NCBI GenBank assembly: GCA_051294375.1
Contig: CM119267.1
Coordinates: forward strand, 1,809,547-1,873,546
Length of the DNA stretch: 64,000 bases
Direction: 5' to 3'
Origin: Paraspadella gotoi
Lineage: Eukaryota; Animalia; Chaetognatha
The notes beneath the pieces are model-generated. The model worked only from the letters and a program-made list of their open reading frames with translations, did no database searches and was not told the origin of the DNA. The position numbers and the translations under genes are program-made. This document shows, in pieces, positions 43,367-55,109 of the stretch (position 1 is the stretch's first letter; every line of letters starts with the position of its first letter).

Positions 43367-44065
43367 GGATAAGCAATTTGAATAAATTCTCGAGTTCATC
43401 AAAGTTTCTTCATCAATCTCTCTCTCTTTCTTTCTCTCTCTTCTCTCTCTTTCTCTCTCCTTCTCTCTCTCTCTCTTCTTTTCCCGCGCTATGTCTATGG
43501 GCCGAGTTTCTTTCTTTCTTTCTCCAGAGAAATTCTTCTCGAGTGACTTGTGGTTTATGAGAAGGCGGTCCTGATTGCGTTAGAGAGAGAGAGAGAGAGA
43601 GAGGCAGACAGAGAGAGATATATATAGGAGAGAAAGAGAGAGAGAAAATACAGAGCAACGCATTTGCAATTGTTCCATCGCCGGTGGTCGTTTATCTCGG
43701 ATTAAGATTTGCTTCTCACTTCTCAACATTTAAATCCTCACTTGACCTCAAAGGCGAACCTCACCTTTCCTCACCTCGTCTCTCCTCATCACAAAATTCT
43801 CTCCCGATGAAAAGAAAGAGAAAACAAAAGAGACGACGACGACGACGACGACGACGACGACATCAAACGCGACGACGATGAAGAACGACCAGTACCACAA
43901 ATTCACGATCAACCCCGAATCGAATCACAAGCGTGAAATTCACTGATCGGGCTTTACGTCTGTCTCTTGTCTCATTCGATCACGTGACCGAAGGGGGGGA
44001 CAGGGTGGTTGAAGGGTGAATGACCTCCGCGGGGAAGAGATTCTCTTTTCCGCGAGGAGGTCAAC

Positions 44066-44110
<45 letters not shown>

Positions 44111-44672
44111 TGGACGTAAAAGTTAAAATTCGATCGAAAGTCAAATTCGTCTCAGCGTGAGACTAATTCGATTGGTGTGGATCACACGATTCGCCTCATT
44201 GAATCACGCGACTCTTTACAGCGACCTATGGCGACCCAATGTGACCTATGGTGACCCACTGTGACCTATGGTGACCCACTGTGATCTGTGATGGCCCAGA
44301 GGGTTCATTGACTCTCTCCGTCGCAGCTCATAGACCAGAAAGTAGTTCACATTTCACTAAAAATCTATGTGACCAAAGACCATAAACTGTTCCAGGATTA
44401 CCCGCCGATCTAAACTTGACCAATAACTCGAAAACCTCCCACGCGGACGATGTCCGCCCAATTTGACCTGACCAGTGACCACCCAATGTATGTTCAGTTG
44501 AGCTTGTTCCGTATATAACCCGATACCTGATATTCTATCTGACTTGTCTCATTATTTCAATTTCACTCATTTAATTATAACTTTAATTTTGTGTATTTTC
44601 TCTCTTTTCGTTGTTTATAATGTTAGCGATTTCGAAAAAACGTAAGTTTTTAACAGATGTTACAACGATTTG

Positions 44673-44703
44673 TATTAACAATAATAATAACGTAAATTAA
44701 GGA

Positions 44704-44739
<36 letters not shown>

Positions 44740-44974
44740 AGAAAGAGAAGAGAGAAAGAGAGTGAGAAAGAGAGAGAGAAAGAGAGAGGAGAGAGAGAGA
44801 GAGAGAGGAGAGTTTCCAACAGAGAATTGAGAAAAGAACAGTGGTCAGATGTGAGGACAGGTGAAGGTCAGGACAGGAAAAGGGGAAATAAGTTGATTTG
44901 TGAAATGGTGAAAGTCCTGACCTTCACCTGTCCTCACATCCGACCACTGTCCTTTTCTCAATTCTCTGTTGGAA

Positions 44975-45005
<31 letters not shown>

Positions 45006-45071
45006 CTCTCCTCTCTCTTCCCTTCTCCTCTCTCTCTCTCTCCTTAATTTATGTTATTATTATTGTTAATA
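44673..45071. mobile_element. Foldback / MITE-like inverted repeat in Lhx1/5 intron 1
   Basis: Arm 44673-44874 is the reverse complement of 44914-45071 around a 39-nt spacer. The unique ~61-nt core (ttccaacagagaattgag...aaggtcaggac) has 2 mismatches; the outer parts are (GA)n/(TC)n plus tattaacaataataataacgtaaattaagg. Confidence 0.8.
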
Positions 45072-47024
45072 ATAAATAAGAAATTTTGTCGCTTACAATT
45101 AAGACAAGGCAAGTTACCTGGTCGTTTATGATGTTATTTTAAATATTTTTACATTTACTGGTAGGAATGAATGTCATATTGTTGATGTAACATTCTCAAA
45201 TCAATCGACCCACGCACGCGTTGAAAAATAATCTACAAAAAAAGGTCATTTTCCGCGCCCAATTTTTAAATCAAATCTGCGTTCGTTATATTTTCTTTTT
45301 TGGGTTCCACTATATTTTTAGGCTTCGGCCGAGTGACTAATTGTGTAATAAAAAAATTGATTTCTTTTGATAACTTTTTGAACCAAAAATGATAGAACGA
45401 TGAGACTGGTATCATATTAAAGCCATAATTATGGGATGCACTTTTCCATATAATTTTTCTCAAATGTTTCAAAGGATTTTTTAAAATACTGGATCGGAAC
45501 TCTTAGTCAAAAGTAATAACAACTTTTGAAATTAAATTAAAACCACTTGGCCGATATTAAAAAAAAATAAATATGGATTCTGAAAGAGAAAAGACTGAAT
45601 TATGTTTCTTATATAAGCAAAATTTTTCTATCTTCAATGTTAATATATTACTAAGGATAATGAATTATCATTTGTTGAAAACAAAAAAAATTAAAAATTC
45701 ATGTTGGAACCTTAAAAAATATATGATTTAAATATGAAAATTTAGGAGTTCCAAACTTTGTTCCGGCTGATTTAAAACTACTGACATAGGACTAAAAGAC
45801 TAGTATCATCAGATTTTTAATTTGTTCATCTTCAGGTGCAAATTAAACCTTTGCATAATGCCCATTAGCTATATTAATAAACAATTTTTTATTAAAAAAA
45901 GCACTACTATTTTAATAACTCTAATGCATTACTTAATGTAAAATTTTTGTTTTATATTTTATATATACTACCACAGAGCTGTATTTGAAATATTAAAAAA
46001 TAATAATCATCAATAAAGGGTAAATTGCATAGAAATGAGTGATTTCAAGGCTCCATATATTGTACTATGATATCAATGAATTTTCTTTTGTCGCGCATCG
46101 AAATGTACCTAAGACATTGTAGTTTCATTAGCTAATATTTATTTTTATAATTTTTAAAAGGGCATGTTTGGCAAAAACAGTAAGAAACAAAAATGACAAC
46201 AAATTTTAAAGAAAAAAATTGGATTAATTGCTATTATTTCTTACTATGAACGTCAATTTTATTTTTTCGTTATGTGCTTGAAAGTTAGGCTAAACCCAAC
46301 AGAATCAGAATCAGTGCATGACCGCTGTAAATTTATTTGACTTATACAGTAAATACATAAAAATAAAAAAAATTTAAAAAGAATCAGACTAAGCCGCCGT
46401 GTTTATTTTCAGTATTTTTAGTCAAGACCTTTATGGATTTTCTTTGTTCCAGCGGCGTTGGATAGCCCAAACACTGCAGTTTCAGAAATCATCCATGGTT
46501 TTGTAACTATTTACTGCGCTACTGGTGCAAAAATTGCTAGGAACCAAAAATTATCCAAACCGCTTCGTTCTTTCGGATTTTTTTTAAAGCGCGGAGCAGA
46601 CATATCTATTAAGAGCCATTCGATTTTCAAAATTTACCTAGTCATACTCCTACTGCTGCCACATTAGATGCCGCAGGCCAAATACCATTATCTGACTATG
46701 TTAAAAACTTTGCTGTACGGAGATTGAAAGAATTATCCGAGGAAATCACCTATTTGACGATGATATTAATCATATTAATTCTAATACTATTCAGACAAAC
46801 ATTTCACCTATCGACGCTGTTGGGATGGGATTATTTACAAAGGGAAAATACATGCATAAATTGTAAATTGGAAAGATTTCATGATGAATGCCTAAATTCG
46901 TAGACTTAAATGTAATAAAGTAGCTTTTTATGGCCTATTGTTTTATTTTGTGAAAGCCCCATTGAATAAATTCAAATTCAAAATTCTCTCTCTCTCCTTA
47001 ACTTACAACTGTGAAAATCTGTTT

Positions 47025-47077
47025 ATTGTCAAACGCTGATGAAGACTCAAAAAACAAGAGTCGAAACAATTAAGTTA
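47025..47077 (+). ncRNA. Minimal hammerhead ribozyme-like motif (Penelope pLTR type)
   Basis: CTGATGA(A)-gactc-aaaaaacaa-gagtc-GAAAC: both catalytic core boxes flank a perfect 5-bp stem II. Stem I is weak. Confidence 0.55.
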
Positions 47078-48763
47078 TTATTATTATTAATACAAATCGT
47101 TGTAACATCTATTAAAAACTTTCGTTTTTTCGAAATCGCAAGGTTTCTTCAACTTTAACATCAAATTTAAATATTCAAATCTTTAAATATTTAATTTAAA
47201 TTTACTTTTTTCTCCCTTCCTCTTGTCCTCCCTTGTCTTTTGTCCTTGTCCTTTGTCCTTGTCCCTTGTCCTCCCTTGTCTTTTGTCCTCGTCACTTGTC
47301 CTTTGTCCTTGTCCCTTGTCCCTCTCTCTTGTCCATTTCTTGTTTTCCTTTCTCCCTTCCTCTTGCCCTTTTTATGCTTTTGCTCCTTTCCTTCCATTTT
47401 CATCCCTTTTTCTTCCATTTTCCTTCTTCCCTTTTCCTCCCTTTTTCTTCAATTTTACTTCTTCCCTTTTCCTCTCTCACCCCCTCCCCTCGCCCCGACT
47501 GAATCCTTTACCGATTGAGCGCGAAAAAGTAAGTAAAGCCGAACCTCCTACTTTCCGTCGGGTAAGTAGCATCATCAGCGGACGAAGGAGAATCGCGAGC
47601 CGAGCCTCGGTCGGTCGGTCGCTACGTCCGTCCGTCCGTCCGACCGTCCGTCCGTCCGTCGTTTNNNNNNNNNNNNNNNNNNNNNNNNNNNNNNNNNNNN
47701 NNNNNNNNNNNNNNNNNNNNNNNNNNNNNNNNNNNNNNNNNNNNNNNNNNNNNNNNNNNNNNNNNNNNNNNNNNNNNNNNNNNNNNNNNNNNNNNNNNNN
47801 NNNNNNNNNNNNNNNNNNNNNNNNNGAGAGAGAGAGAGACACGATGACCGCAACGCTTCCATCCCAGACGTCGCGATGGTCAGAAACAGAAGGGAAACGA
47901 AAAAATCCTTCGGGAAAATTAAATGAGAAAGACGAGTCGACGGAGGGAAAATATAATGAGGGGAAGATGCTTTTTATTCAAATCTGTTGGAATTTTAAAG
48001 AGAGAGAGAGAGAAAGAGAGGGTGAGTGAGTGAGTGAGTTAGAGATAGAGAGAGAGAGAGNNNNNNNNNNNNNNNNNNNNNNNNNNNNNNNNNNNNNNNN
48101 NNNNNNNNNNNNNNNNNNNNNNNNNNNNNNNNNNNNNNNNNNNNNNNNNNNNNNNNNNNNNNNNNNNNNNNNNNNNNNNNNNNNNNNNNNNNNNNNNNNN
48201 NNNNNNNNNNNNNNNNNNNNNNNNNNNNNNNNNNNNNNNNNNNNNNNNNNNNNNNNNNNNNNNNNNNNNNNNNNNNNNNNNNNNNNNNGTGTGTATGAAT
48301 GCATAGAATTAAAACGCCATAGGTTATAAAATTGAACTGTATTAATGAAGCTGAAGACATTTTTATATAAAAACTAACATTATTGTAAAATTCTTATTAC
48401 AAACGCCAAAGCCAACGCCAACGCCAACGTCAGTCGCAACTTGCGCCAACGACAACAATAACAATAACAAAGACTAATCCCAAAAAAATAGTCTACAANN
48501 NNNNNNNNNNNNNNNNNNNNNNNNNNNNNNNNNNNNNNNNNNNNNNNNNNNNNNNNNNNNNNNNNNNNNNNNNNNNNNNNNNNNNNNNNNNNNNNNNNNN
48601 NNNNNNNNNNNNNNNNNNNNNNNNNNNNNNNNNNNNNNNNNNNNNNNNNNNNNNNNNNNNNNNNNNNNNNNNNNNNNNNNNNNNNNNNNNNNNNNNNNNN
48701 NNNNNNNNNCCCGGCTACACTAACGCTCATCTTCCCCCCGTCCGCTCTTCTCCCTCCCATTAG

Positions 48764-48892
48764 ATTCCTCATGAACGTGTTGGATCGCGCCTGGCATTCC
48801 AAATGCGTCGTTTGCTTCGAATGCAAAATTCCTTTGGCGGACAAATGTTTTTCTAGGGAAGGGAAGCTGTACTGTCGAAACGACTTCTTCAG
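48764..48892 (+). CDS. Lhx1/5: Lhx1/5 coding exon 2 (rest of LIM domain 1)
   Basis: CTAAC branch point (48720), pyrimidine tract, tag| acceptor and AG|gtaaat donor; 129 nt, phase 2/2. Translates [42 protein letters not shown](R), versus Lhx1 [43 protein letters not shown]. Confidence 0.96.
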
Positions 48893-51003
48893 GTAAATTA
48901 ACACTATTTTCTTTTTGGTTGTTTAATTTATTTATTGATATTTCGAAAAATCTAAAACTGTAGTTTCAAGAGGATGTTTAAATTCGTGGGTGACGAGAGG
49001 TCTTTTTTTTTTTAAATGTATAATTGAATGATTGATTGGTTGATTGATTTATTGATTGATTGACTTCGGTCTGATTTCGGTCATTTTTAAAAGGTCAATT
49101 GATTCTGAAGTAAAATAACAGATTTTAAGTGAAATTGAGAGAAAAATCTAATTTTATTTCTCCTTCGCTCGTTTATTTTAGTCGCCGTTAGGAGGCGATA
49201 GAACCGATTTAAAAAAAGGTTGGCGGAGACCGGGTCGCGAACGCGAGACCTTTCGGGGCCGTTTTCTTAATCGTCGTCGTCGTCGTTGTTGTTGTTGTTG
49301 TTTTTGTGTCCAAAATGTCCGTCGTTTTTATCGTCGTTTCGATGCGAATTGTCCGTCTGTCTGTCTTTAACATTTTTCAAAATTTAATTGTTTTGTTAAT
49401 AATTTCGGAGGCAATTATGCCTATATTAAGTAATTTCTATTAATCTTGTTTCATTCTTAATAGTAGTAGTATACATTGTTATCATGCTCTATTTCCATTT
49501 GTCGTCGTCGTCGTCGTCGTTTTTGTCGTCGTCGTCGTTGTCGTTCGTTCTCTCGCTCGTTTTCCACGATTTACTCTCGCGTATTTTTGGCGCAANNNNN
49601 NNNNNNNNNNNNNNNNNNNNNNNNNNNNNNNNNNNNNNNNNNNNNNNNNNNNNNNNNNNNNNNNNNNNNNNNNNNNNNNNNNNNNNNNNNNNNNNNNNNN
49701 NNNNNNNNNNNNNNNNNNNNNNNNNNNNNNNNNNNNNNNNNNNNNNNNNNNNNNNNNNNNNNNNNNNNNNNNNNNNNNNNNNNNNNNNNNNNNNNNNNNN
49801 NNNNNNNNNNNNNNNNNNNNNNNNNNNNNNNNNNNNNNNNNNNNNNNNNNNNNNNNNNNNNNNNNNNNNNNNNNNNNNNNNNNNNNNNNNNNNNNNNNNN
49901 NNNNNNNNNNNNNNNNNNNNNNNNNNNNNNNNNNNNNNNNNNNNNNNNNNNNNNNNNNNNNNNNNNNNNNNNNNNNNNNNNNNNNNNGGGGCGATGAGAC
50001 GACAGGGCGACGGAGCGACGAGGCGTTCCCAATGGACGACCTTGGCGAGAAAATGTCCAGGTCCATCGAAATGGTTGAGTCGCGCGAAATAAATGGCCGC
50101 AAATTGTTTGGCAAATGTTAAATTGATTTTTTAAAACGGTTTAGCCGATTAAAATAGTCAATAATTCAGTGATTCGTCGTTTTGATCTTTTATGAGATCT
50201 TTGTAAATAATAAAATTAAAATAATTATTATTCATGAATATTGTTCTCGCAATCGGCGTCATAAGTAATCAACACCAATTATCACGAGATGCTGGTTGAA
50301 TCAAGTCTTACTCTTGGGGGCAACCGATGCCCATCGGGCCGTCCCGGGCGGGCTGTGGCGAGCTGTGGCGGGCTGTGGAGGGCTGTGGAGGGCTTAAGCA
50401 TGCTGGCCCTTTGGTGGTTTGGTTGTTGTTCTAAGGAAGTCAGTTCCCACGAACTTTTCCTTTCTCTTATCTTTCTCTCTCCTTCTCTTCATCTTTCTAT
50501 CTTTTTTATTCTTATTTTTCTGTCTTTCTCTATACGATTCTCTTCCTTTATTATTGCAATTCCTTTGAATTCTTAGTAAGAAGTTTTGTCCGCTTTTTTT
50601 TTCGTCTTGTCCGCTTCTTCGCCCGCTTCTTCGCCCGCTTTTTCCTTCCGCTTCTTCTCCCTCCTTTTTCTGTCCGCTTCCGTCTCCCAAACACTTAAGG
50701 GAACCGAAGTCTAAAAAGAAATTCCCTTTTGTTTTTACACCCAGATTTGATGACCTCATCTCTCTCTCTCTCTCTNNNNNNNNNNNNNNNNNNNNNNNNN
50801 NNNNNNNNNNNNNNNNNNNNNNNNNNNNNNNNNNNNNNNNNNNNNNNNNNNNNNNNNNNNNNNNNNNNNNNNNNNNNNNNNNNNNNNNNNNNNNNNNNNN
50901 NNNNNNNNNNNNNNNNNNNNNNNNNNNNNNNNNNNNNNNNNNNNNNNNNNNNNNNNNNNNNNNNNNNNNNNNNNNNNNNNNNNNNNNNNNNNNNNNNNNN
51001 NNN

Positions 51004-51034
<31 letters not shown>

Positions 51035-52451
51035 TAGATTATTTCGATTCACGAACGAGTCCGAAGAGAAAAAGAAAACCGTGTGAATCGACTTGGATGT
51101 GATTCACAGGTTTTAAGTGACACGAAGGGACCCATTCGCTCATTCATTCATTCATTCATTCACTCACTGCCTCATTCACTCTGTCACCTATTTATTCATT
51201 CACTGCCACCCAAACCTGGTTGGTGAGAGAGAGAGAGACTCTCCATTTCACGGCTTCACATTCGTTTCACTTTAATTCCTTCATTTCTTCACTTTTCTTT
51301 TCTTTTATCCATTTAACTCCCTTGTTCTCTCAACCTCTCTCAGATCCTAACTTCTCTCTTTTTCTACCTTCCTTTCTTTCTTGCTTCTCCTTTTTTTATC
51401 TGTTCTTTTTCTTACTCCTTTCCTCAAATTTTTGCTTCTATCAAATTTATTCCCTCATTTCTCCCAGAATCCGTTCATCTCCCCCCNNNNNNNNNNNNNN
51501 NNNNNNNNNNNNNNNNNNNNNNNNNNNNNNNNNNNNNNNNNNNNNNNNNNNNNNNNNNNNNNNNNNNNNNNNNNNNNNNNNNNNNNNNNNNNNNNNNNNN
51601 NNNNNNNNNNNNNNNNNNNNNNNNNNNNNNNNNNNNNNNNNNNNNNNNNNNNNNNNNNNNNNNNNNNNNNNNNNNNNNNNNNNNNNNNNNNNNNNNNNNN
51701 NNNNNNNNNNNNNNNNNNNNNNNNNNNNNNNNNNNNNNNNNNNNNNNNNNNNNNNNNNNNNNNNNNNNNNNNNNNNNNNNNNNNNNNNNNNNNNNNNNNN
51801 NNNNNNNNNNNNNNNNNNNNNNNNNNNNNNNNNNNNNNNNNNNNNGTGAAAGGTGTGTCTCCCCGGGCGAGAGACCAGATATCAAATGATATCAATTTTT
51901 TTTTTATTTTGAATCAGAAACGAAAAAATGTTGATGACATCAAATTCGTCGAATGAGATTAAATCGATGACTGACATTGCGAGATGAGAGATCGAAACAA
52001 CAACAACAACAACAGCAACATCGACGACGACAATGACAACGACGACGATTATAACGACAACAACAACAACAACTTTATAATAAGAGACGCCTCCTCGCGG
52101 TCGCTGGCATCAAACGGTTGTTTTTTCTGATGCTTCATTACGACGATGCAAGGAGCGTTAACCCTTTGAGCGAGAGACAGAGAGAGAGAGAGAGANNNNN
52201 NNNNNNNNNNNNNNNNNNNNATAGTGATGAAATAATGAATCAAAGTAAACAAAGATCGAACAACTCCATCAATCAAACGCGCGCTCGCTGACAAATGCAA
52301 AAAAATGACAGAGCAATTTGATAGTTTTCATGACTGCTAATGTACCTCATTACAAAGCACAGCAAGACTGTAGTGACGGTTAAGACAAGGGACTGGAAGA
52401 CTCACTTTTGAGCATCAGACGAATATCATGGGAATTCAGGAGTAGGTACGA

Positions 52452-52490
<39 letters not shown>

Positions 52491-52846
52491 AAAGAGAGAT
52501 TTGAAAGAGATAATTAGTTGTCAACATCAACTCTATTTGTACGAAATGTTGCAAACAACAATACCGTAGATATAATGATGTCATGATTCCATGATGTCAT
52601 GATTCCACGATGTCATGCTGTCATGATGCCATGAAGTCATGATTCCATGGTGGCATCACAGAGGTGTCGGTGAATCAATATTGGTTTAATTATCGTTTTC
52701 TTCGACGTCAGAAGCAAAAACATCGATAAATCGAAAAAAAAAGGAAAAAAAGAAGAAAAGAAAAAAAGAGAAAAAAAAACTGATTTCGGTAAAAAAAGAA
52801 TCGATTCGATTTTTATGTCAATTTTGATTGATTCCATTTTTGATTG

Positions 52847-53115
52847 GGTAGTCTGGCATTGCCGAGGTTCACCCCGCCTATAAGCATGACACCTTCAGTC
52901 TTGACCTTGAGCAAAGCCATCTGCTCATGATCACTAGGTACTGGGTTCAATCCCGACCCGGTACCTACCCTGCGGGAAGCGTGAAGACGGTCGTCAGCCG
53001 CCTTGGGGGCGTGGAAAACCCTCAAGCCTGGTTCCAAGCCCAGGACCAGTTCCATGGCTGCTAGAGGGGGGTTAAAGAAGTTGCGGATAGCACTCTTCAG
53101 CCCCACTTAGCGCCA
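52847..53115 (+). mobile_element. GC-rich SINE-like or retroelement 5' UTR-like island
   Basis: Sharp GC-rich block with B-box-like GGTTCAATCCC and gaccttgagcaa (resembles the SINE core motif gaccttgggcaa); single copy in the window. Confidence 0.35.
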
Positions 53116-53247
53116 TATCCACAATTTTATTTGATTCTATCTCTGATTCTATTTTTGATTCAATTTCCGAATCCATTTAAGATTCAATTTCAATTCGAAT
53201 CAATTTCATATTTCCATTCGATTCTCATTTTACCTTTTTCCTCTCTG

Positions 53248-53340
53248 AATCTTACATTAATCTTACATTAATCTTATATTAATCTTACATTAATCTTACA
53301 TTAATTTTACATTAATCTTAAATTAATCTTACATTAATCC
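53248..53340 (+). repeat. 11-bp tandem repeat (aatcttacatt)x~8
   Basis: Direct reading; unit junctions create TTAATCT/TTAATCC. Confidence 0.9.
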
Positions 53341-53436
53341 TCTGGATAATTTAATGGTCTTTTCATAAGGGTTAGGTTAGTTGTTTAAAAAATATAGAAT
53401 AATAAGTAAACTTAAGTATTGAATGGTTTCCTCTGC

Positions 53437-53469
<33 letters not shown>

Positions 53470-53837
53470 CTCCTCTCTCGTCCTCTCCGCGCCGATCCGG
53501 ATTTATATCATCGAGTTAGTTTCGCTTCTCCTGCCACAGATGTCGTGGGAGAAAATTAACAAAAGGATTGGATTCCCATTTTTTTTCTCTTTCGTTTGTC
53601 GAGTTGGAAAAATCCTTTTCCAAAAATTTTCTCGTTATTATATTCGTATTGTTGCGCTCAGGTTTCCAAGCGCGAGTCTCTCTTTCGCTCTTCGCCGTTC
53701 GCTCTTCGCCGTTCGCAGTTCGCCTTTCGCCGTTCGCCGTTCGCCGTTCGTCGTTCGACTTTAATTTTTTTTCAGACATTTTGGAAAATTCATTTTTATT
53801 CTGTTTTTCTTCGCAAAAAAACTCGAATATCAAAATA

Positions 53838-53933
53838 TAGTAGAGTACTCGCGGAGCAACTCTATAAGTCACTTTTCGGTCGGTCTGTCGGTCGGTCTGT
53901 CGGTCGGCATGTCTGTCCATCGGTCTGTCCCAC
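53838..53933 (-). mobile_element. HINE/DINE-1-like fragment
   Basis: caactctataagtcac followed by a (GTCG/GTCT)n microsatellite; related in reverse orientation to the end of the 8.7 kb element (gtgaattatagagt). Confidence 0.5.
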
Positions 53934-53945
53934 ATAGGTTAAAAA

Positions 53946-54135
53946 TGCATATAATTTGCCTTTAGTTGGTTGCTCATTTGTTAAGACAGGAAAAACCTCA
54001 AATCTAAGGGACTGCTAGCGCCGCCTTCAGGAAATCATAAAACTATTAGGAATAAAAGACTCGATGCAGTGTATGTCATAAATACAAAGGTTAAGAAAGT
54101 TTTTAACTCATGTTATGTTATGTCATGTCATAGCA
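53946..54135 (+). repeat. Interspersed repeat family B, copy 2 (Lhx1/5 intron 2)
   Basis: Colinear with 38400-38620, including the catgttatgtcatgtc tail. Confidence 0.8.
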
Positions 54136-54912
54136 TGTGATCAAAGGGAAATACACGAGAAAGAAAGTCACTGCGGCGCAACACATTGGAATCACCGTTC
54201 TTGTTTATTTTTAAATTCGATGTATGTATAAAACATTTCCAGCTGAACTAAGCATGACCAAACAGTAAAGTTTTTTAGGTTTTTTAGGGTTTTTTGTTAG
54301 GTTTTTTTTTTTTAGGTTTTTTTTAGGTTTTTTTAGGTTTTTTACATCAACCTGTTATTAATAATTTTTTTCCTCTCCTCTCTTTCGTTCCTACTCCCTA
54401 GAGAGATGAGAGAGGGATTATTTACGGGGGTGTGCCGCGTACGAGGGACCGAGAGAGGGGTGGAAGGAGAGAGGACAAGCAGCAGCAAGGTTNNNNNNNN
54501 NNNNNNNNNNNNNNNNNNNNNNNNNNNNNNNNNNNNNNNNNNNNNNNNNNNNNNNNNNNNNNNNNNNNNNNNNNNNNNNNNNNNNNNNNNNNNNNNNNNN
54601 NNNNNNNNNNNNNNNNNNNNNNNNNNNNNNNNNNNNNNNNNNNNNNNNNNNNNNNNNNNNNNNNNNNNNNNNNNNNNNNNNNNNNNNNNNNNNNNNNNNN
54701 NNNNNNNNNNNNNNNNNNNNNNNNNNNNNNNNNNNNNNNNNNNNNNNNNNNNNNNNNNNNNNNNNNNNNNNNNNNNNNNNNNNNNNNNNNNNNNNNNNNN
54801 NNNNNNNNNNNNNNNNNNNNNNNNNNNNNNNNNNNNNNNNNNNNNNNNNNNNNNNNNNNNNNNNNNNNNNNNNNNNNNNNNNNNNNNNNNNNNNNNNNNN
54901 NCCCTCCCCCAG

Positions 54913-55109
54913 GCAATTCGGCACCAAATGCTCCGGCTGCTACCAAGGCATCTCACCCTCGGATTTGGTTCGTCACGCCAGATCGAAAGTCTTTCACCTC
55001 AAATGCTTCACCTGCGCATCTTGCAGGAAGCAACTCTCGACTGGAGAAGAGCTTTTCGTCGTCAACGAAAATCAGTTCGTCTGCAAGGACGACTACCTCA
55101 ACGGATCCA
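54913..55109 (+). CDS. Lhx1/5: Lhx1/5 coding exon 3 (LIM domain 2)
   Basis: ccctcccccag| acceptor and A|gtgagt donor. Translates [65 protein letters not shown]. [18 protein letters not shown] and KQLSTGEEL distinguish Lhx1/5 from Lhx3/4; all zinc ligands are present. Confidence 0.96.

Noticed and set aside
52847-53115. HDV-like ribozyme (gggtag...ctaccc pairing)
   Set aside because: Could not assemble P2/P3/P1.1 and J4/2 in the required order.
54271-54343. Telomere-like TTAGG repeats
   Set aside because: Irregular T-run lengths and only about six units; low-complexity tract.
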